A stretch of DNA of 64,000 bases from an uncultured Parcubacteria group bacterium (GCA_903944135.1 CAJAQL010000029.1:1487-65486), one strand, 5' to 3'; counted from the first letter of the stretch, positions 36,933 to 47,101 are shown. Translations and numbers: made by a program. The notes: a model not told the origin generated them from the sequence alone.

Positions 36933-37106
36933 TTAGTGATGAATGAGTACGAGCCAAATCCCGAACAGGATGCCGGAGACGAAGGCGGGGGCATCGTAGA
37001 ACCAGAAGGCAAGTCCCTTTGGTCGAATTCCTGTGATCGCCTTTACGATCGGGTTGCCGATGGCATACACCACAACAGAAAGAAGGAACAATCCATAATT
37101 GTGCAT
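36933..37106 (-). CDS. Small membrane protein (57 aa), not in the ORF track
   Basis: MHNYGLFLLSVVVYAIGNPIVKAITGIRPKGLAFWFYDAPAFVSGILFGIWLVLIHH. A GGAGGTG RBS 6 nt upstream. Divergent from the merR-like gene. Confidence 0.4.
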   Translation of the reverse strand: MHNYGLFLLSVVVYAIGNPIVKAITGIRPKGLAFWFYDAPAFVSGILFGIWLVLIHH

Positions 37107-37210
37107 TTCGCACCTCCGATAATGTTATGATTCATTTTTTATAAATTGTCAAATTCGTTCGATTCTCGCACTGAAATGCTTATTTTTTCCGAGAGCAGCG
37201 CCCGCCGCTT

Positions 37211-37230
37211 GACTTAAAGTACTTTAAGTC
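37211..37230. promoter_or_regulatory. Perfect 20-bp palindrome (candidate MerR-family operator) overlapping a TTGACT -35 element
   Basis: GACTTAAAGTACTTTAAGTC, 15 nt upstream of the MerR-family gene start. TTGACT at 37209-37214. Confidence 0.55.
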
Positions 37231-37245
37231 TCTAACCTTACTTAT

Positions 37246-37710
37246 ATGGTAACTAAGAAAGATGGACGATACGCGATCAAGGAAGCCGCCAGGCTGAGCG
37301 GGCTTCCGGAGAGCACGCTGCGGTATTACGAGACGATAGGATTGATCGATGCCATCGGCCGCGATCCGAGCAGCGGACATCGGGTATACAGCGATGACGA
37401 TATCAATCTTGTGATATCCGTTGCCTGCCTCAATACCACGGGAATGTCGATCGAGGACATGCGGAAATATCTCGAGAACTGGGATAAGGGCGCCGCCGGA
37501 GCCGGAGAACAGATCGGATTGTTGGAGACCCAGAAACATCGGCTTGCCGACGAGGAGCATTATCTGAAGTTGCGGCGACGGTACGTCGACATGAAGATCG
37601 CCTATTGGCACGCGGTTGTTGCTGGAAAGAAAAAAGAAGCAGAGGCGATTGCAAAACGTGCACGCGAGATCGCAAAGGGACTGAAGTTGCCGAAAGAAGG
37701 TCGAAAATAA
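37246..37710 (+). CDS. MerR family transcriptional regulator
   Basis: N-terminal HTH YAIKEAARLSGLPESTLRYYETIGLI with a coiled-coil dimerisation region. Confidence 0.85.
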   Translation: MVTKKDGRYAIKEAARLSGLPESTLRYYETIGLIDAIGRDPSSGHRVYSDDDINLVISVACLNTTGMSIEDMRKYLENWDKGAAGAGEQIGLLETQKHRLADEEHYLKLRRRYVDMKIAYWHAVVAGKKKEAEAIAKRAREIAKGLKLPKEGRK

Positions 37711-37741
37711 TGGGTTAATATCAATAAATAAAAATAATGTC

Positions 37742-38335
37742 ATGAAAATACTTCTCATAAATTCACATCTCAATTATCCAGGCTGGTCCGAAGGCGGTTT
37801 GAATCTTGCCATGACGAACCTCGCGAAGGCTTTTTTCCTTGAGCACGGGCACGAGGTTCTCGAAACCTTCATAGAACGAGGGTATAAACCGGAAGAGGAG
37901 GTTGAAAAGCATTTGACCGCGGATGTGGTCGTGCTCCAGACGCCCGTCAACTGGTTCTCCGCGCCGTGGATCTATAAAAAATATGCAGATGAGGTCTTCA
38001 ACGTGGGCATACATGAAAAGACGCTGCTTGACGGCGATGGCCGCACGCGCAAAGATCCCAACCGCCAGTATGGTACGGGCGGCAAGATGCAGGGGAAGAA
38101 ATTCATGATCTCCGCGACCTGGAACGCCCCAAGGGAAACGTTCGATAATCCTGATAGTGTGTTATTCGGCGGCAAAGGAACAGCTGATCTGTTCCTCAGC
38201 ATCACCTCGAATTACAAATTTTTAGGTTTCGATATCCTTCCGAGCTACGGGGTGTTCGACATCTTCAAAGAGGGCGCCGATATCCCGGCCGCGATGGAAA
38301 AATATAAGCATCACTTGGAGCAATATTGTCTCTGA
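37742..38335 (+). CDS. mdaB: NADPH:quinone oxidoreductase MdaB (modulator of drug activity B)
   Basis: Near co-linear with E. coli MdaB: ADVVVLQTPVNWFSAPWIYKKYADEVF, DGRTRKDPNRQYGTGGKMQGKKFMISATWNAP. Confidence 0.8.
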   Translation: MKILLINSHLNYPGWSEGGLNLAMTNLAKAFFLEHGHEVLETFIERGYKPEEEVEKHLTADVVVLQTPVNWFSAPWIYKKYADEVFNVGIHEKTLLDGDGRTRKDPNRQYGTGGKMQGKKFMISATWNAPRETFDNPDSVLFGGKGTADLFLSITSNYKFLGFDILPSYGVFDIFKEGADIPAAMEKYKHHLEQYCL

Positions 38336-38383
38336 ACGCGCAAGATAATGATAAATAACAAAGTCGTTAAATAATTAAAAAAT

Positions 38384-39421
38384 ATGAAAGCAGCTATTTT
38401 TCAGGGAAAGGGGAAGATCGAAGTGCAGGAAGTTTCCGATCCGGTGATCCAGAAACCGGATGATGCCATAGTCAGGATCACGCATTCTTGCATCTGCGGT
38501 TCCGATCTTTGGTATTATCGCGGCCTCTCGCCGCGCAAGGCCGGTTCACGTATCGGTCATGAATCGATGGGTATCGTGGAGGCGGTCGGCACCGAAGTGA
38601 AGAGCGCCAGGGTCGGCGACTTGGTCGTCATGCCGTTCTTTATCTCGGATGGTACCTGTCCCGAATGCCTGGCTGGCATGCCTGCGGCCTGCAGGAATCG
38701 TATGAGTTGGGGCGATGCCGGAGTCGACGGTGGTCAAGGTGAGAGGGTACGGGTTCCCTTGGCGAACGGAACGCTCTTTGTCATTCCGAAAGACAAAGTG
38801 ACCGATCGGATGATGCCGGCGCTTTTACCGCTCTCCGATGTGCTGTGCACCGGACATCACGCGGCGGTATGTGCAGAGGTAAAGCAGGGTTCTACGGTCG
38901 TTGTTGTCGGCGATGGTGCGGTTGGTCTTTGCGCGGTCGCCGCGAGCAAGCGCCTCGGCGCATCGAGAATATTCCTCGTGAGCACGCATGAGGATCGTGC
39001 GGCGATCGGCAGGAAGTTCGGCGCTACCGATATCGTCGCAGAGCGCGGCGATGATGCCGTTGAGCAGATCAGAAAAGCTACGGATAACTTAGGGGTGGAC
39101 AGCGCCCTTGAATGTGTCGGTACTGCCGAATCATGGAATACCGCGTTCGGCGTCGTCCGTGCGGGCGGCAATATCGGTGCAGTCGGTGTTCCTCATGAAG
39201 TGCCCGATATCCCCATTGTAAAATTCTTCTGGTTCAACATCGGCGTGAAGGGCGGCCCTGCGCCGGTCGCTCATTACATTCCGGAACTGATGCCGGACGT
39301 GTTGTCCGGAAAACTGGATGTGTCGGCGATCTTTACGAAGACCGTTCCGCTTTCGGACATTGCCGAAGGATACAAAGCGATGGATGAACGGAAAGAGATA
39401 AAGGTCTTGGTAAAACCATAA
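38384..39421 (+). CDS. Zinc-dependent alcohol dehydrogenase family oxidoreductase
   Basis: CICGSDLW, GHESMG (catalytic Zn), CPECLAG...C (structural Zn), and the Rossmann VVGDGAVG. Confidence 0.8.
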   Translation: MKAAIFQGKGKIEVQEVSDPVIQKPDDAIVRITHSCICGSDLWYYRGLSPRKAGSRIGHESMGIVEAVGTEVKSARVGDLVVMPFFISDGTCPECLAGMPAACRNRMSWGDAGVDGGQGERVRVPLANGTLFVIPKDKVTDRMMPALLPLSDVLCTGHHAAVCAEVKQGSTVVVVGDGAVGLCAVAASKRLGASRIFLVSTHEDRAAIGRKFGATDIVAERGDDAVEQIRKATDNLGVDSALECVGTAESWNTAFGVVRAGGNIGAVGVPHEVPDIPIVKFFWFNIGVKGGPAPVAHYIPELMPDVLSGKLDVSAIFTKTVPLSDIAEGYKAMDERKEIKVLVKP

Positions 39422-39426
39422 AAAGG

Positions 39427-39918
39427 ATGAAAAAAATTCTTTTAGCCTATTTCTCACGCACCGGCAACACGCGTAGCGTCGCCACTCAAATTCAAAAGGT
39501 GACCGGCGGTGATATCTTTGAAATCAAACTTGTTGATCCATATCCCGATGATTATGATGAGGCCGTGAAACGGGCGGGTGAAGAATTGAAAACAAATTAT
39601 AAACCGGAGCTGAAAACGCGGATCGATAATATCAAGGATTATGACGTGATATTCATCGGTCATCCCATCTGGTGGAGCACGTTTCCTGCTCCGATCCGAT
39701 CATTCTTATCTGACTATGATCTCGCAGGGAAAACCATCATTCCATTTTGCACGCACGAAGGAAGCAAGTCGGGTAACAGTGTTGCGGACATCTCGAAATT
39801 GTGTCCGAGATCAACGATTTTGGAGGGTTTGGCGATACGGCATGGCGAAGACGCCAAAAAGTTGGAAAGCGAAATATCGGAGTGGTTGAGCAAGATCAAA
39901 GTCGAGAAACTGGCCTAA
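39427..39918 (+). CDS. Flavodoxin family protein
   Basis: MKKILLAYFSRTGNTRSVA (FMN phosphate-binding loop), 163 aa. Confidence 0.75.
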   Translation: MKKILLAYFSRTGNTRSVATQIQKVTGGDIFEIKLVDPYPDDYDEAVKRAGEELKTNYKPELKTRIDNIKDYDVIFIGHPIWWSTFPAPIRSFLSDYDLAGKTIIPFCTHEGSKSGNSVADISKLCPRSTILEGLAIRHGEDAKKLESEISEWLSKIKVEKLA

Positions 39919-39969
39919 TGTTTTAGTGCTGGAGTGAGTCGTTTGAATCCTGCTTTGCGCACTAAATAA

Positions 39970-40006
39970 GAGGCTCCGATATCCTGGAGCCTCTTTGTGT
40001 TTTTTA
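39970..40006 (+). terminator. Rho-independent terminator after the flavodoxin gene
   Basis: GAGGCTCCgatatccTGGAGCCTC followed by tttgtgtttttt. Confidence 0.7.
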
Positions 40007-40417
40007 GTTGTCGAATGTTATCCAACCCTTTCGATCGCCACTGCTATAGGAAGCACTGAACGATAGATTTTCAAGGAAATGGATGTAGCTACAATTCGAA
40101 CAGTGTCCGCTTATTCTCCAATTGTTTGCGAGCGAAGCGTTGTTATCGGGGGGATCGTTCAAGGCTTTTGATTCTGAGAGTGACGGGAAATGCGTCATTC
40201 GGGTTCAAATAGCCTAGCCGAATTCTCCTACCGTATCACTGAATGTAATCCTGAAGCGGAGAGAGATTTTCCTTGGGCGAGACCGGCCAATAAGAGATTC
40301 CATACGTCAAGAAAGATCGACAAGAATTGCTCAAAATTCGTCCACTTCTGCACAAAAAGCGAAATAGAAAAGCCCCGCGAACAGATTGGCGTAAGCCTTT
40401 CTATCCGTGGGGCCGGA

Positions 40418-41089
40418 TTACTTAATGTTCTTCTTTTTAGGCGCGATACTTGCCCGCAGAGCTTCGAATTCTTTGCGCTTTCCCTCGAGCTCACGACTCC
40501 TTTCGAACGGTGTGAACCGGTGAAACTCATCGGAAGAACTCACGCCACGATGCTCCTCGTCGAAGGCCTTTTCAAATGCCGCCCATGTCCTCCATTCTGC
40601 GGTGTCGGTCGCCGATGAATTCATCCATATTGGATAGATGTCAATCTTCTGGCCATTGACCACGACCGGATCGCCGGAATATGCTTCTCCGGAGCCACGG
40701 AAGGGAACCCAGTAATTCTGCTGAATGTACTCACCGTCATAGAGACCCTGAAATGTCGAAGGCATAAAAAGGCCGAGCCATCCGTCACCCTTCTCGTCAA
40801 AGACGATGAGGCGGTTGTATCGATTGCCGAAAGTGCGAGGCTCTCCCTTGGTAAAATTCGTTACTCTTGCAGGGATCTTGAGAAGATATCTCGTGCTCAG
40901 TTTGGGAAGGCTCGCAACACGTTCGTCTTCCTTCTTGATCGCCTCGATCGTCGCTCTTTTTTTCTTCCGGTCTTTGAGGGCAGGAATGATGAAGGTAACG
41001 ATGGTAATGCCAAGCACCAATCCGGCGATTATCGCCGCGAAATTTCCAGGCGTAAGGGTGAAATTGTCAAAGTTCATTTTTCTCTCCAT
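40418..41089 (-). CDS. Membrane-anchored hypothetical protein
   Basis: Start at MERKMNFD; one TM helix (AAIIAGLVLGITIVTFIIPAL), then a soluble domain. The upstream part of the ORF-track call is probably not translated. Confidence 0.45.
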   Translation of the reverse strand: MERKMNFDNFTLTPGNFAAIIAGLVLGITIVTFIIPALKDRKKKRATIEAIKKEDERVASLPKLSTRYLLKIPARVTNFTKGEPRTFGNRYNRLIVFDEKGDGWLGLFMPSTFQGLYDGEYIQQNYWVPFRGSGEAYSGDPVVVNGQKIDIYPIWMNSSATDTAEWRTWAAFEKAFDEEHRGVSSSDEFHRFTPFERSRELEGKRKEFEALRASIAPKKKNIK

Positions 41090-41307
41090 AGAGATCCGGT
41101 TGCCGTAGCAGCCAGAGTACAGCAGATGCCAGCCGTAAGATTTAAGGCGTATGCCACTGGCTACTGAAGTGTTGTTATGGTAACACATAAACAGATGATC
41201 TGTCAAGCCGCCGATTACTCCTCTTCGATTCAAATAATTCGAATGTTGTATAAAAAATGCAGAGGTACTACATGGGAGGGCTTTTGCGGATATGCTATGA
41301 TCAAACA

Positions 41308-41922
41308 ATGGATAAAAATAAAAAAGGATTCTCAATGCTCGCGGTCATTGTGGTTTTGGTTATCGTATTGGTGCTTATAGCAGGAGTTTGGTATTACGAA
41401 ACACGCCAAACGACATCACCTCAATCATCCGGGATTCCACTCGGTGCCGTTGCGACAACGACAATTTCATCATCGACCGCCACATCTTCGGCTCCGGTCG
41501 GCCAGACGACTGCTTCAACCTCGGTGGTCTACCAAAACAGCCAGTACGGGTTCAATTTTCTTTTGCCTGCGGATTGGCAGGGATATTCCATCGTAAACAA
41601 GACGTGGAGCGGATCGGGCACTTCGGAACAGGGGATCATCGCGACCGGAACGGAACTTCTCGTCAGGAATCCGAACTGGACGACCGCCGATCGCTACGAA
41701 GATATTCCCGTCATGATTTTTACCCTGGCTCAATGGAATGCATATAACGCAGGAAACGGCACCTTCGAAGTTTCCGCCGCGCCGATCCCGGCTTCGGAGA
41801 TAGGGCGCAACAATCGGTATGTCTTTGCCATTCCTCCCCGATGGGATTTTGACTACAGCACGGGATATCAGGAGGCGGATGCTATCGTGAGCGGAAACCC
41901 GCTGAAGCCTTTCAACTTGTAG
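41308..41922 (+). CDS. Membrane-anchored secreted protein with Ser/Thr-rich linker; possible pilin-like N-terminus
   Basis: MDKNKKGFSMLAVIVVLVIVLVLIAG is a prepilin-like G-F motif, but it lacks the conserved Glu at position +5. Confidence 0.35.
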   Translation: MDKNKKGFSMLAVIVVLVIVLVLIAGVWYYETRQTTSPQSSGIPLGAVATTTISSSTATSSAPVGQTTASTSVVYQNSQYGFNFLLPADWQGYSIVNKTWSGSGTSEQGIIATGTELLVRNPNWTTADRYEDIPVMIFTLAQWNAYNAGNGTFEVSAAPIPASEIGRNNRYVFAIPPRWDFDYSTGYQEADAIVSGNPLKPFNL

Positions 41923-41995
41923 CATTGCAAGCGAATGGCCATGGTTTGACAAAAGAGAGGCCAGGACATGTCACGCGAAGCATAGACGAAAGAAA

Positions 41996-42556
41996 TCACC
42001 GCATCTTCGACGGAAGCTTGATCGTCCTTCCTGCAACCATGAAAATACCGTTGCCCATATGATGGATGGTCCGCGGATTTTTCCTTGCGGGATCGATCCA
42101 TGCTTTCTGAACCTCAAGAACGAAGAAATTATATTTGTTCACCATGGCTGCGTCGACGACTTTGCATTCGAGATTGGCATAGCATTCCTTGATGAGCGGC
42201 GCTTGGACGCATGCAGCAGGCAGGGTTGTAAGGCCAAATTTTTTGAACTTATCAGTGCCGCCGCGACCGGAACTGTTTCCTACTTCAACGGTTTTTTTCG
42301 CGATCTCCACGGTCGGGATCGCGATGACGCATTCCTTGGTCTTTCTCAGGATTTCGAACGTATAATCCCGGTTGCTCACCACGCATCCGATGAGCGGTGG
42401 CTCGAAATCGAGCATGGTGTGCCACGACATCGTCATCACGTTCGCTTTGCCGTCGCGTGAGGTCGTGAGCATCACGACGGGGCCCGTTTCCAAAAGGCCA
42501 TAGACCTTCGATAGCGGAAACGATTTCATTTTTGTCAGTGGAAGCCGTCGTGCCAT
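41996..42556 (-). CDS. Flavin reductase-like FMN-binding protein
   Basis: ...GPVVMLTTSRDGKANVMTMSWHT... is the Flavin_Reduct domain signature. Confidence 0.7.
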   Translation of the reverse strand: MARRLPLTKMKSFPLSKVYGLLETGPVVMLTTSRDGKANVMTMSWHTMLDFEPPLIGCVVSNRDYTFEILRKTKECVIAIPTVEIAKKTVEVGNSSGRGGTDKFKKFGLTTLPAACVQAPLIKECYANLECKVVDAAMVNKYNFFVLEVQKAWIDPARKNPRTIHHMGNGIFMVAGRTIKLPSKMR

Positions 42557-42687
42557 ATTTTCATGATATCATTTTTGTATAATAAAGGCGTTGGATTCCC
42601 GCTTGGGGCTTGTCGGCCTGGTTCGGCAACGCCGCGCCGCGTATGTTACCTTATCTGGGGTTCTTCGTAATATTCATCACGTGAGGC

Positions 42688-43251
42688 ATGCAGGAACAAA
42701 CTATTATCGCCCAGGTGAAAGCCGGAGACGCCGAAGGGTTCGGCGTGCTTTATGACGCCTATTTTGAAAAGATCTATAGCTATCTGTTTTATCGGATCCG
42801 TGACAAAGGAATCACGGAGGACCTCGTGAGCACCACTTTTTTCAAGGCGATCAGCGGATTGGATGGATTCGACGAGCGCAAGGGGAATTTTTCGGCGTGG
42901 CTGTACCGCATCGCGCGGAACTCGCTGTACGATCATTTCCGGACCCAAAAAATCACCTCTTCGATCGAGGCTGCGGAGACGGTGACTGACGGATCGGACG
43001 TCGAGGCTGCGGCGATCGGCCGTGAGCTTTCCGAAAAAGCCAGAAAGTTGCTCGAGGTATTGAATCCGGTTCAGCGCGAAATCGTGACGATGCGGGTTTG
43101 GGACGATATGAGCTACAAGGAGATCGCGGCGATAACCGGAAAGAGCGAGGCAAGTTGCAAGGTCGGTTTTCATCGGGCGATGGCGAAACTGAAAGAAGTG
43201 GCGCCGCTCGCCATTCTGCTGCTGGTCTTTTCCTGCACCATCTCATCGTAA
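42688..43251 (+). CDS. RNA polymerase sigma factor, ECF subfamily
   Basis: Region 2 ...FSAWLYRIARN... and a region 4 HTH ...MSYKEIAAITGKSEASCKVGFHRAMAKL. Confidence 0.85.
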   Translation: MQEQTIIAQVKAGDAEGFGVLYDAYFEKIYSYLFYRIRDKGITEDLVSTTFFKAISGLDGFDERKGNFSAWLYRIARNSLYDHFRTQKITSSIEAAETVTDGSDVEAAAIGRELSEKARKLLEVLNPVQREIVTMRVWDDMSYKEIAAITGKSEASCKVGFHRAMAKLKEVAPLAILLLVFSCTISS

Positions 43252-43263
43252 TCATCACGCATC

Positions 43264-44616
43264 ATGAACGAAGAAAACATCAAGAAAATAGTTGAAGAAT
43301 TATGCGCGGCAGATGGGACGCTGCGGGGGAAGGAGCGGGAACTTACCGCTCTCGTCCGGGAACTTGTCATGAGACCCAGCATGAAGCCCGATCCCGATTT
43401 CGAGCGCGCCTTGCGGGTACAGCTGATCGCCGAGTTATCCCGAAGGAAGGTTGTCGATCGGGGCGTCGGACGTCTCGTTCCGCATTTCGGGAATTTCATT
43501 CTTTCGGGGATCGCTGTGATCGCAGTGGCGTTCGCTGCGTGGTTCGGCTTTTCCGCACTTCATCCGCAGAAGGAGAACAATAACGTCGTTGCCCTGCTTC
43601 CGGCCGTGACGATCACAAGAGTCGGTGATCATGCCTTCGGAACGATTGCCATCGCGCCTTCCCCGCATCCGGTTTCTGTCCCGAAAGCCGAGAATGTCCA
43701 GGTTCTCATGCAATCGATTGCGGGACCTGCCGCTCCGTCGACGGAGGAGCCCAGCGCCACCTCGTCGGAAAAAATGAATGCGAGAATGCAAATCATGAGC
43801 TTATCTCCGACGTCTACTGCGCCTTCATCGCCGCTTCCGGCCGCGATCGGCTATGTCTATCGAGGAGAGGCATTTTCCCAGAGCGATGCCACGGTTGATG
43901 TTCTTAAGAGGACGACCGGCGCGTTCTCGCTGGGTGGTGTCGCTGCGATCTTGGAAAAGGCGGGTTTCGGCTATGCCGGCACGTCTTCTTTCGGCAATGC
44001 GGCGGTTACCAATTTAACCTTCGTGCAGGACGAGGGTTTCGGCTATTCGGTGACAGTCGATCTTTTGGGTGGGGATGTTTCCATTGATCCCGCTCCCGGC
44101 CGGTGGCCATCAGCCGGGAACGCCGTATCGGAATCGCTTTCGTCGAGTTCCACACTGAGCATTGCAAATCAATTTTTGGAGGATCACGGGATCAATGCGG
44201 CAGGCTACGGCAAGGCGGAAGTGCTTAGCAATGGTGGTGCGGTAAGCGTGTTCTATCCGGAAGTCGTGAACGGCAGGGAGGTCTATACAATGGATGGCGA
44301 AAAAATCGGACTTACAGTGGAGGTGGATGCGCAATATGGGCGCGTGAAGAGCGTTCATGGATTGAGCGTGCAGAATTATGAAGCCTCTTCATATGGCGCG
44401 ATCGTCGATACGGCCAAGATCATTTCTCTTGCGGAACAGGAAGCGGGAAGCGCAGTCGCACCGGCGGGAACAGGGATCCGGGAATTAGGGTTGGGAACGC
44501 CGATTCGGGTGTATGTCGATGAGGGTAAGGGGTTGCTCGTGCCGGCTTTCGCGTTCCCGATTCAGGGTCAGGGTTCAGCTGCGCCAAGCATCATTGTGCC
44601 GTTGGTGGAGGACTGA
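43264..44616 (+). CDS. Putative anti-sigma factor (single-pass membrane protein)
   Basis: Immediately follows the ECF sigma. A cytoplasmic N-terminal helix region, one TM (ILSGIAVIAVAFAAWFGF), and a large extracytoplasmic domain. Confidence 0.5.
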   Translation: MNEENIKKIVEELCAADGTLRGKERELTALVRELVMRPSMKPDPDFERALRVQLIAELSRRKVVDRGVGRLVPHFGNFILSGIAVIAVAFAAWFGFSALHPQKENNNVVALLPAVTITRVGDHAFGTIAIAPSPHPVSVPKAENVQVLMQSIAGPAAPSTEEPSATSSEKMNARMQIMSLSPTSTAPSSPLPAAIGYVYRGEAFSQSDATVDVLKRTTGAFSLGGVAAILEKAGFGYAGTSSFGNAAVTNLTFVQDEGFGYSVTVDLLGGDVSIDPAPGRWPSAGNAVSESLSSSSTLSIANQFLEDHGINAAGYGKAEVLSNGGAVSVFYPEVVNGREVYTMDGEKIGLTVEVDAQYGRVKSVHGLSVQNYEASSYGAIVDTAKIISLAEQEAGSAVAPAGTGIRELGLGTPIRVYVDEGKGLLVPAFAFPIQGQGSAAPSIIVPLVED

Positions 44617-44693
44617 CGTTACCTTTTTTCCGCACTATCGTAGTACATGGGACAGGGCAGGGAAGTCCTGATAATAAATAAAAGGATCCAATC

Positions 44694-45530
44694 ATGAATC
44701 AAAAATTAAAGAACATTTTGGGGATTGTGGTGGGAGTCGTGGTGCTCACGCTTGGCTATGCAGCCGTCAGTTATGCCGTTTCGTACGGGAAGTCGATACC
44801 GCCGTCATCGTTCAGGAGCTTTTCGGTGTCCGGGGAGGGCAAGGCGACGGCGGTTCCCGATGTCGCCGAGTTCAGCTTCGAGGTTACCACGGAGGGCGGC
44901 AATGGCATCGCGGCATTGCAGGCGGCGAACACCGACGCCGTGAATAAGGCGATCGCGTTCGTGAAATCGGATGGCATTGCCGATAAAGATATCAAGACCG
45001 AATCGTATGATATCGAACCGCGTTATCAGACCTATAATTGCAGTCCCGTCCCCGTGGTTTATCATGAGCCGATGATGCCGGTCGGCGATGTTGTATCCTC
45101 TGTGTCTTCGGAACCCACGGTCTGCCCGCCGGCTTCGATCGTCGGCTACACCGTTACCCAGTCCGTCGACGTCAAGATCCGCGATTTCAGCAAGATCGGC
45201 GATATCATGAATGGGGTCGTGAAGAACGGGGCGAACAGTGTCAGTTCATTGAACTTTACGCTCGACGATCCGACAGCGGTTCAAAACGAGGCGCGTGCCG
45301 ATGCGATAACGAAAGCCAAGGCGCAGGCACAGGCCGTTGCGCAGGAGTCCGGGTTTAAGATCGGACGCCTGCTCTCCGTGCAGGAAGACGATGGCAATCA
45401 ATCGGTTATGTACAATTTGGCGCAAAGCTCCGTAGCGATGAAAACCTCCGAGGCTGCCGCTGCGCCCGTCATTCAGCCCGGCTCGCAGGAAGTGGGCATC
45501 ACGATGACCTTGCAGTACGAGATCGATTAG
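44694..45530 (+). CDS. SIMPL domain (DUF541) periplasmic protein
   Basis: Signal anchor, then ...RSFSVSGEGKATAVPDVAEFSFEVTTEG... and C-terminal ...GSQEVGITMTLQYEID, typical of the SIMPL/26-kDa periplasmic immunogenic protein family. Confidence 0.7.
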   Translation: MNQKLKNILGIVVGVVVLTLGYAAVSYAVSYGKSIPPSSFRSFSVSGEGKATAVPDVAEFSFEVTTEGGNGIAALQAANTDAVNKAIAFVKSDGIADKDIKTESYDIEPRYQTYNCSPVPVVYHEPMMPVGDVVSSVSSEPTVCPPASIVGYTVTQSVDVKIRDFSKIGDIMNGVVKNGANSVSSLNFTLDDPTAVQNEARADAITKAKAQAQAVAQESGFKIGRLLSVQEDDGNQSVMYNLAQSSVAMKTSEAAAAPVIQPGSQEVGITMTLQYEID

Positions 45531-45627
45531 GAAAATAAAACTTTTTTGCGCTCCGCTATTCATGCATGTTCGATCCATTATTTTGAAGGTTTCCCGCGCC
45601 GAGTTGCTTTTGTGGTAAAATAAAAAA

Positions 45628-45975
45628 ATGGATAATAAAACAGTTGAACATGCGATGGTGACGACGGCATTCGAGTTGGATGATTATCGCATTGTAAAAA
45701 ATCTGGGGATTGCACGCGGCATCATTGTCCGTTCACGCAACATTTTCGGCTCTATCGGCGCAGGATTGCAGACCCTGGTTGGAGGTAATATTTCTCTTTT
45801 CACCAAACTGTGCGAAAAGACACGCGAGGATGCATTCGACCTCATGCTCGAGCATGCGGGAGAGATGGGTGCAAATGCCGTGATCGGCGCCCGTTATGAT
45901 GCGACCGAGATCACGCGCGGGGTTACCGAGGTGCTTGCTTATGGCACCGCGGTCATTGTGGAGCCGAAAAAATAA
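45628..45975 (+). CDS. YbjQ/UPF0145 (DUF74) family protein
   Basis: ...[15 protein letters not shown]...AYGTAVIVE, a compact family signature at 115 aa. Confidence 0.8.
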   Translation: MDNKTVEHAMVTTAFELDDYRIVKNLGIARGIIVRSRNIFGSIGAGLQTLVGGNISLFTKLCEKTREDAFDLMLEHAGEMGANAVIGARYDATEITRGVTEVLAYGTAVIVEPKK

Positions 45976-45994
45976 AAAAATTTAATAATAAAAT

Positions 45995-47101
45995 ATGATC
46001 AAAAGATCCGTGTTTGCTCTAGCGAGTGCGGTGATGCTCGCGATTCCTCTTTTTTCTTCGGCCGTAGTCATGAATAGCGGCGTGTCTGCGGCAGTGAGTC
46101 CGTCGGTCGTCAGTTCCTCAACTCCGCGCATCCTGATAGGCGACAACAAACCACCGACAGCGATTGCTCCGTGGTGCGTGGATTACACCGAGAACCTCGG
46201 CATCGGAAGCCGTGGCGATGATGTGCTGGCGCTTCAAAAAGAGCTGACGCTTGATGGCGAAACGGTGCCGGCAACGGGATATTTCGGATCTATGACGTCT
46301 GCCGCCGTCACAGTATTCCAGGAAAAGAATGCGGCTGATGTTTTGGCGCCGCTTGGTCTTTCGCGGGGTACCGGATATTTCGGCTCTTCCACCAAGGCGA
46401 TGCTGAATTCTCTCGGAGAATCCCATTGTACTGTTCCGAACGGAGGTAATAGCAGCAGCACGCAGACAACGCAGAGTTTTTCAGCCGATCCGCAATCCGG
46501 CAGTGAGCCTCTCACTGTGCAATTCGTTGCGACCGCGCCGCAGGGAAGTGCCCTCGGGAACGCAGTTAATTTTGGTGATGGTACGACGGGGAATCTTGGT
46601 GTCGTACCGGTTTGCTCAAGCTGCAACGCGGAAGGCATGGTTTCGCATACCTATGTTGCCACAGGCACCTACACGGCAAGTCTCACGAGCGGCACCTGCA
46701 GTTGTCCGGCGAATGGCGTTTGCAGTTGCCCCGCTATCCTTATCCTCGCGACGACGACGGTGGTCGTCGGCCCGGCGGGCACCATGGCTACTTCAAGCAT
46801 CCAGCAATTGAATGCGCCCGGAAGCGTGACGCTGAACGTGGGCGGCATCGGGGAGATCCGCAATAAAAGCGCCTATATCACCCTGCAAAACATCGCATCA
46901 TCAACGGCAACGATCCAGATCACCCCGGTTGGTTGCTGGAATTCGTTCCCGTCCGATCCCAAACCGAAGATCGTCTGCATGCTTGCGCAGATCCCGATTC
47001 CGCCCCAGACTCTTGCGGTCGGCCAGGCATATGATTCCGCCAATTATTCCATTACGCTTACGCAGCTCAATAGTAGTACGGCGACGTTTGACGTGCAGTA
47101 G
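45995..47101 (+). CDS. Secreted protein with a peptidoglycan-binding (PG_binding_1) domain and a PKD-like domain
   Basis: Signal peptide; LALQKEL...GYFGSMTSAAVTVFQ (PG_binding_1); ...VNFGDGTTG... (PKD signature). Confidence 0.55.
   Translation: MIKRSVFALASAVMLAIPLFSSAVVMNSGVSAAVSPSVVSSSTPRILIGDNKPPTAIAPWCVDYTENLGIGSRGDDVLALQKELTLDGETVPATGYFGSMTSAAVTVFQEKNAADVLAPLGLSRGTGYFGSSTKAMLNSLGESHCTVPNGGNSSSTQTTQSFSADPQSGSEPLTVQFVATAPQGSALGNAVNFGDGTTGNLGVVPVCSSCNAEGMVSHTYVATGTYTASLTSGTCSCPANGVCSCPAILILATTTVVVGPAGTMATSSIQQLNAPGSVTLNVGGIGEIRNKSAYITLQNIASSTATIQITPVGCWNSFPSDPKPKIVCMLAQIPIPPQTLAVGQAYDSANYSITLTQLNSSTATFDVQ

Noticed and set aside
36865-37130. 82-aa minus-strand ORF and 64-aa plus-strand ORF
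   Set aside because: Replaced by a better-supported 57-aa minus-strand ORF in another frame (36933..37106) with a strong RBS and a hydrophobic two-helix product.
40004-40618. ORFs 40004..40198 (-), 40190..40618 (+), 40228..40530 (-)
   Set aside because: Mutually overlapping with no RBS or motifs. The region is more likely the 3' UTR/terminator zone of the minus-strand 40418 gene or a decayed gene; it cannot be supported as coding.
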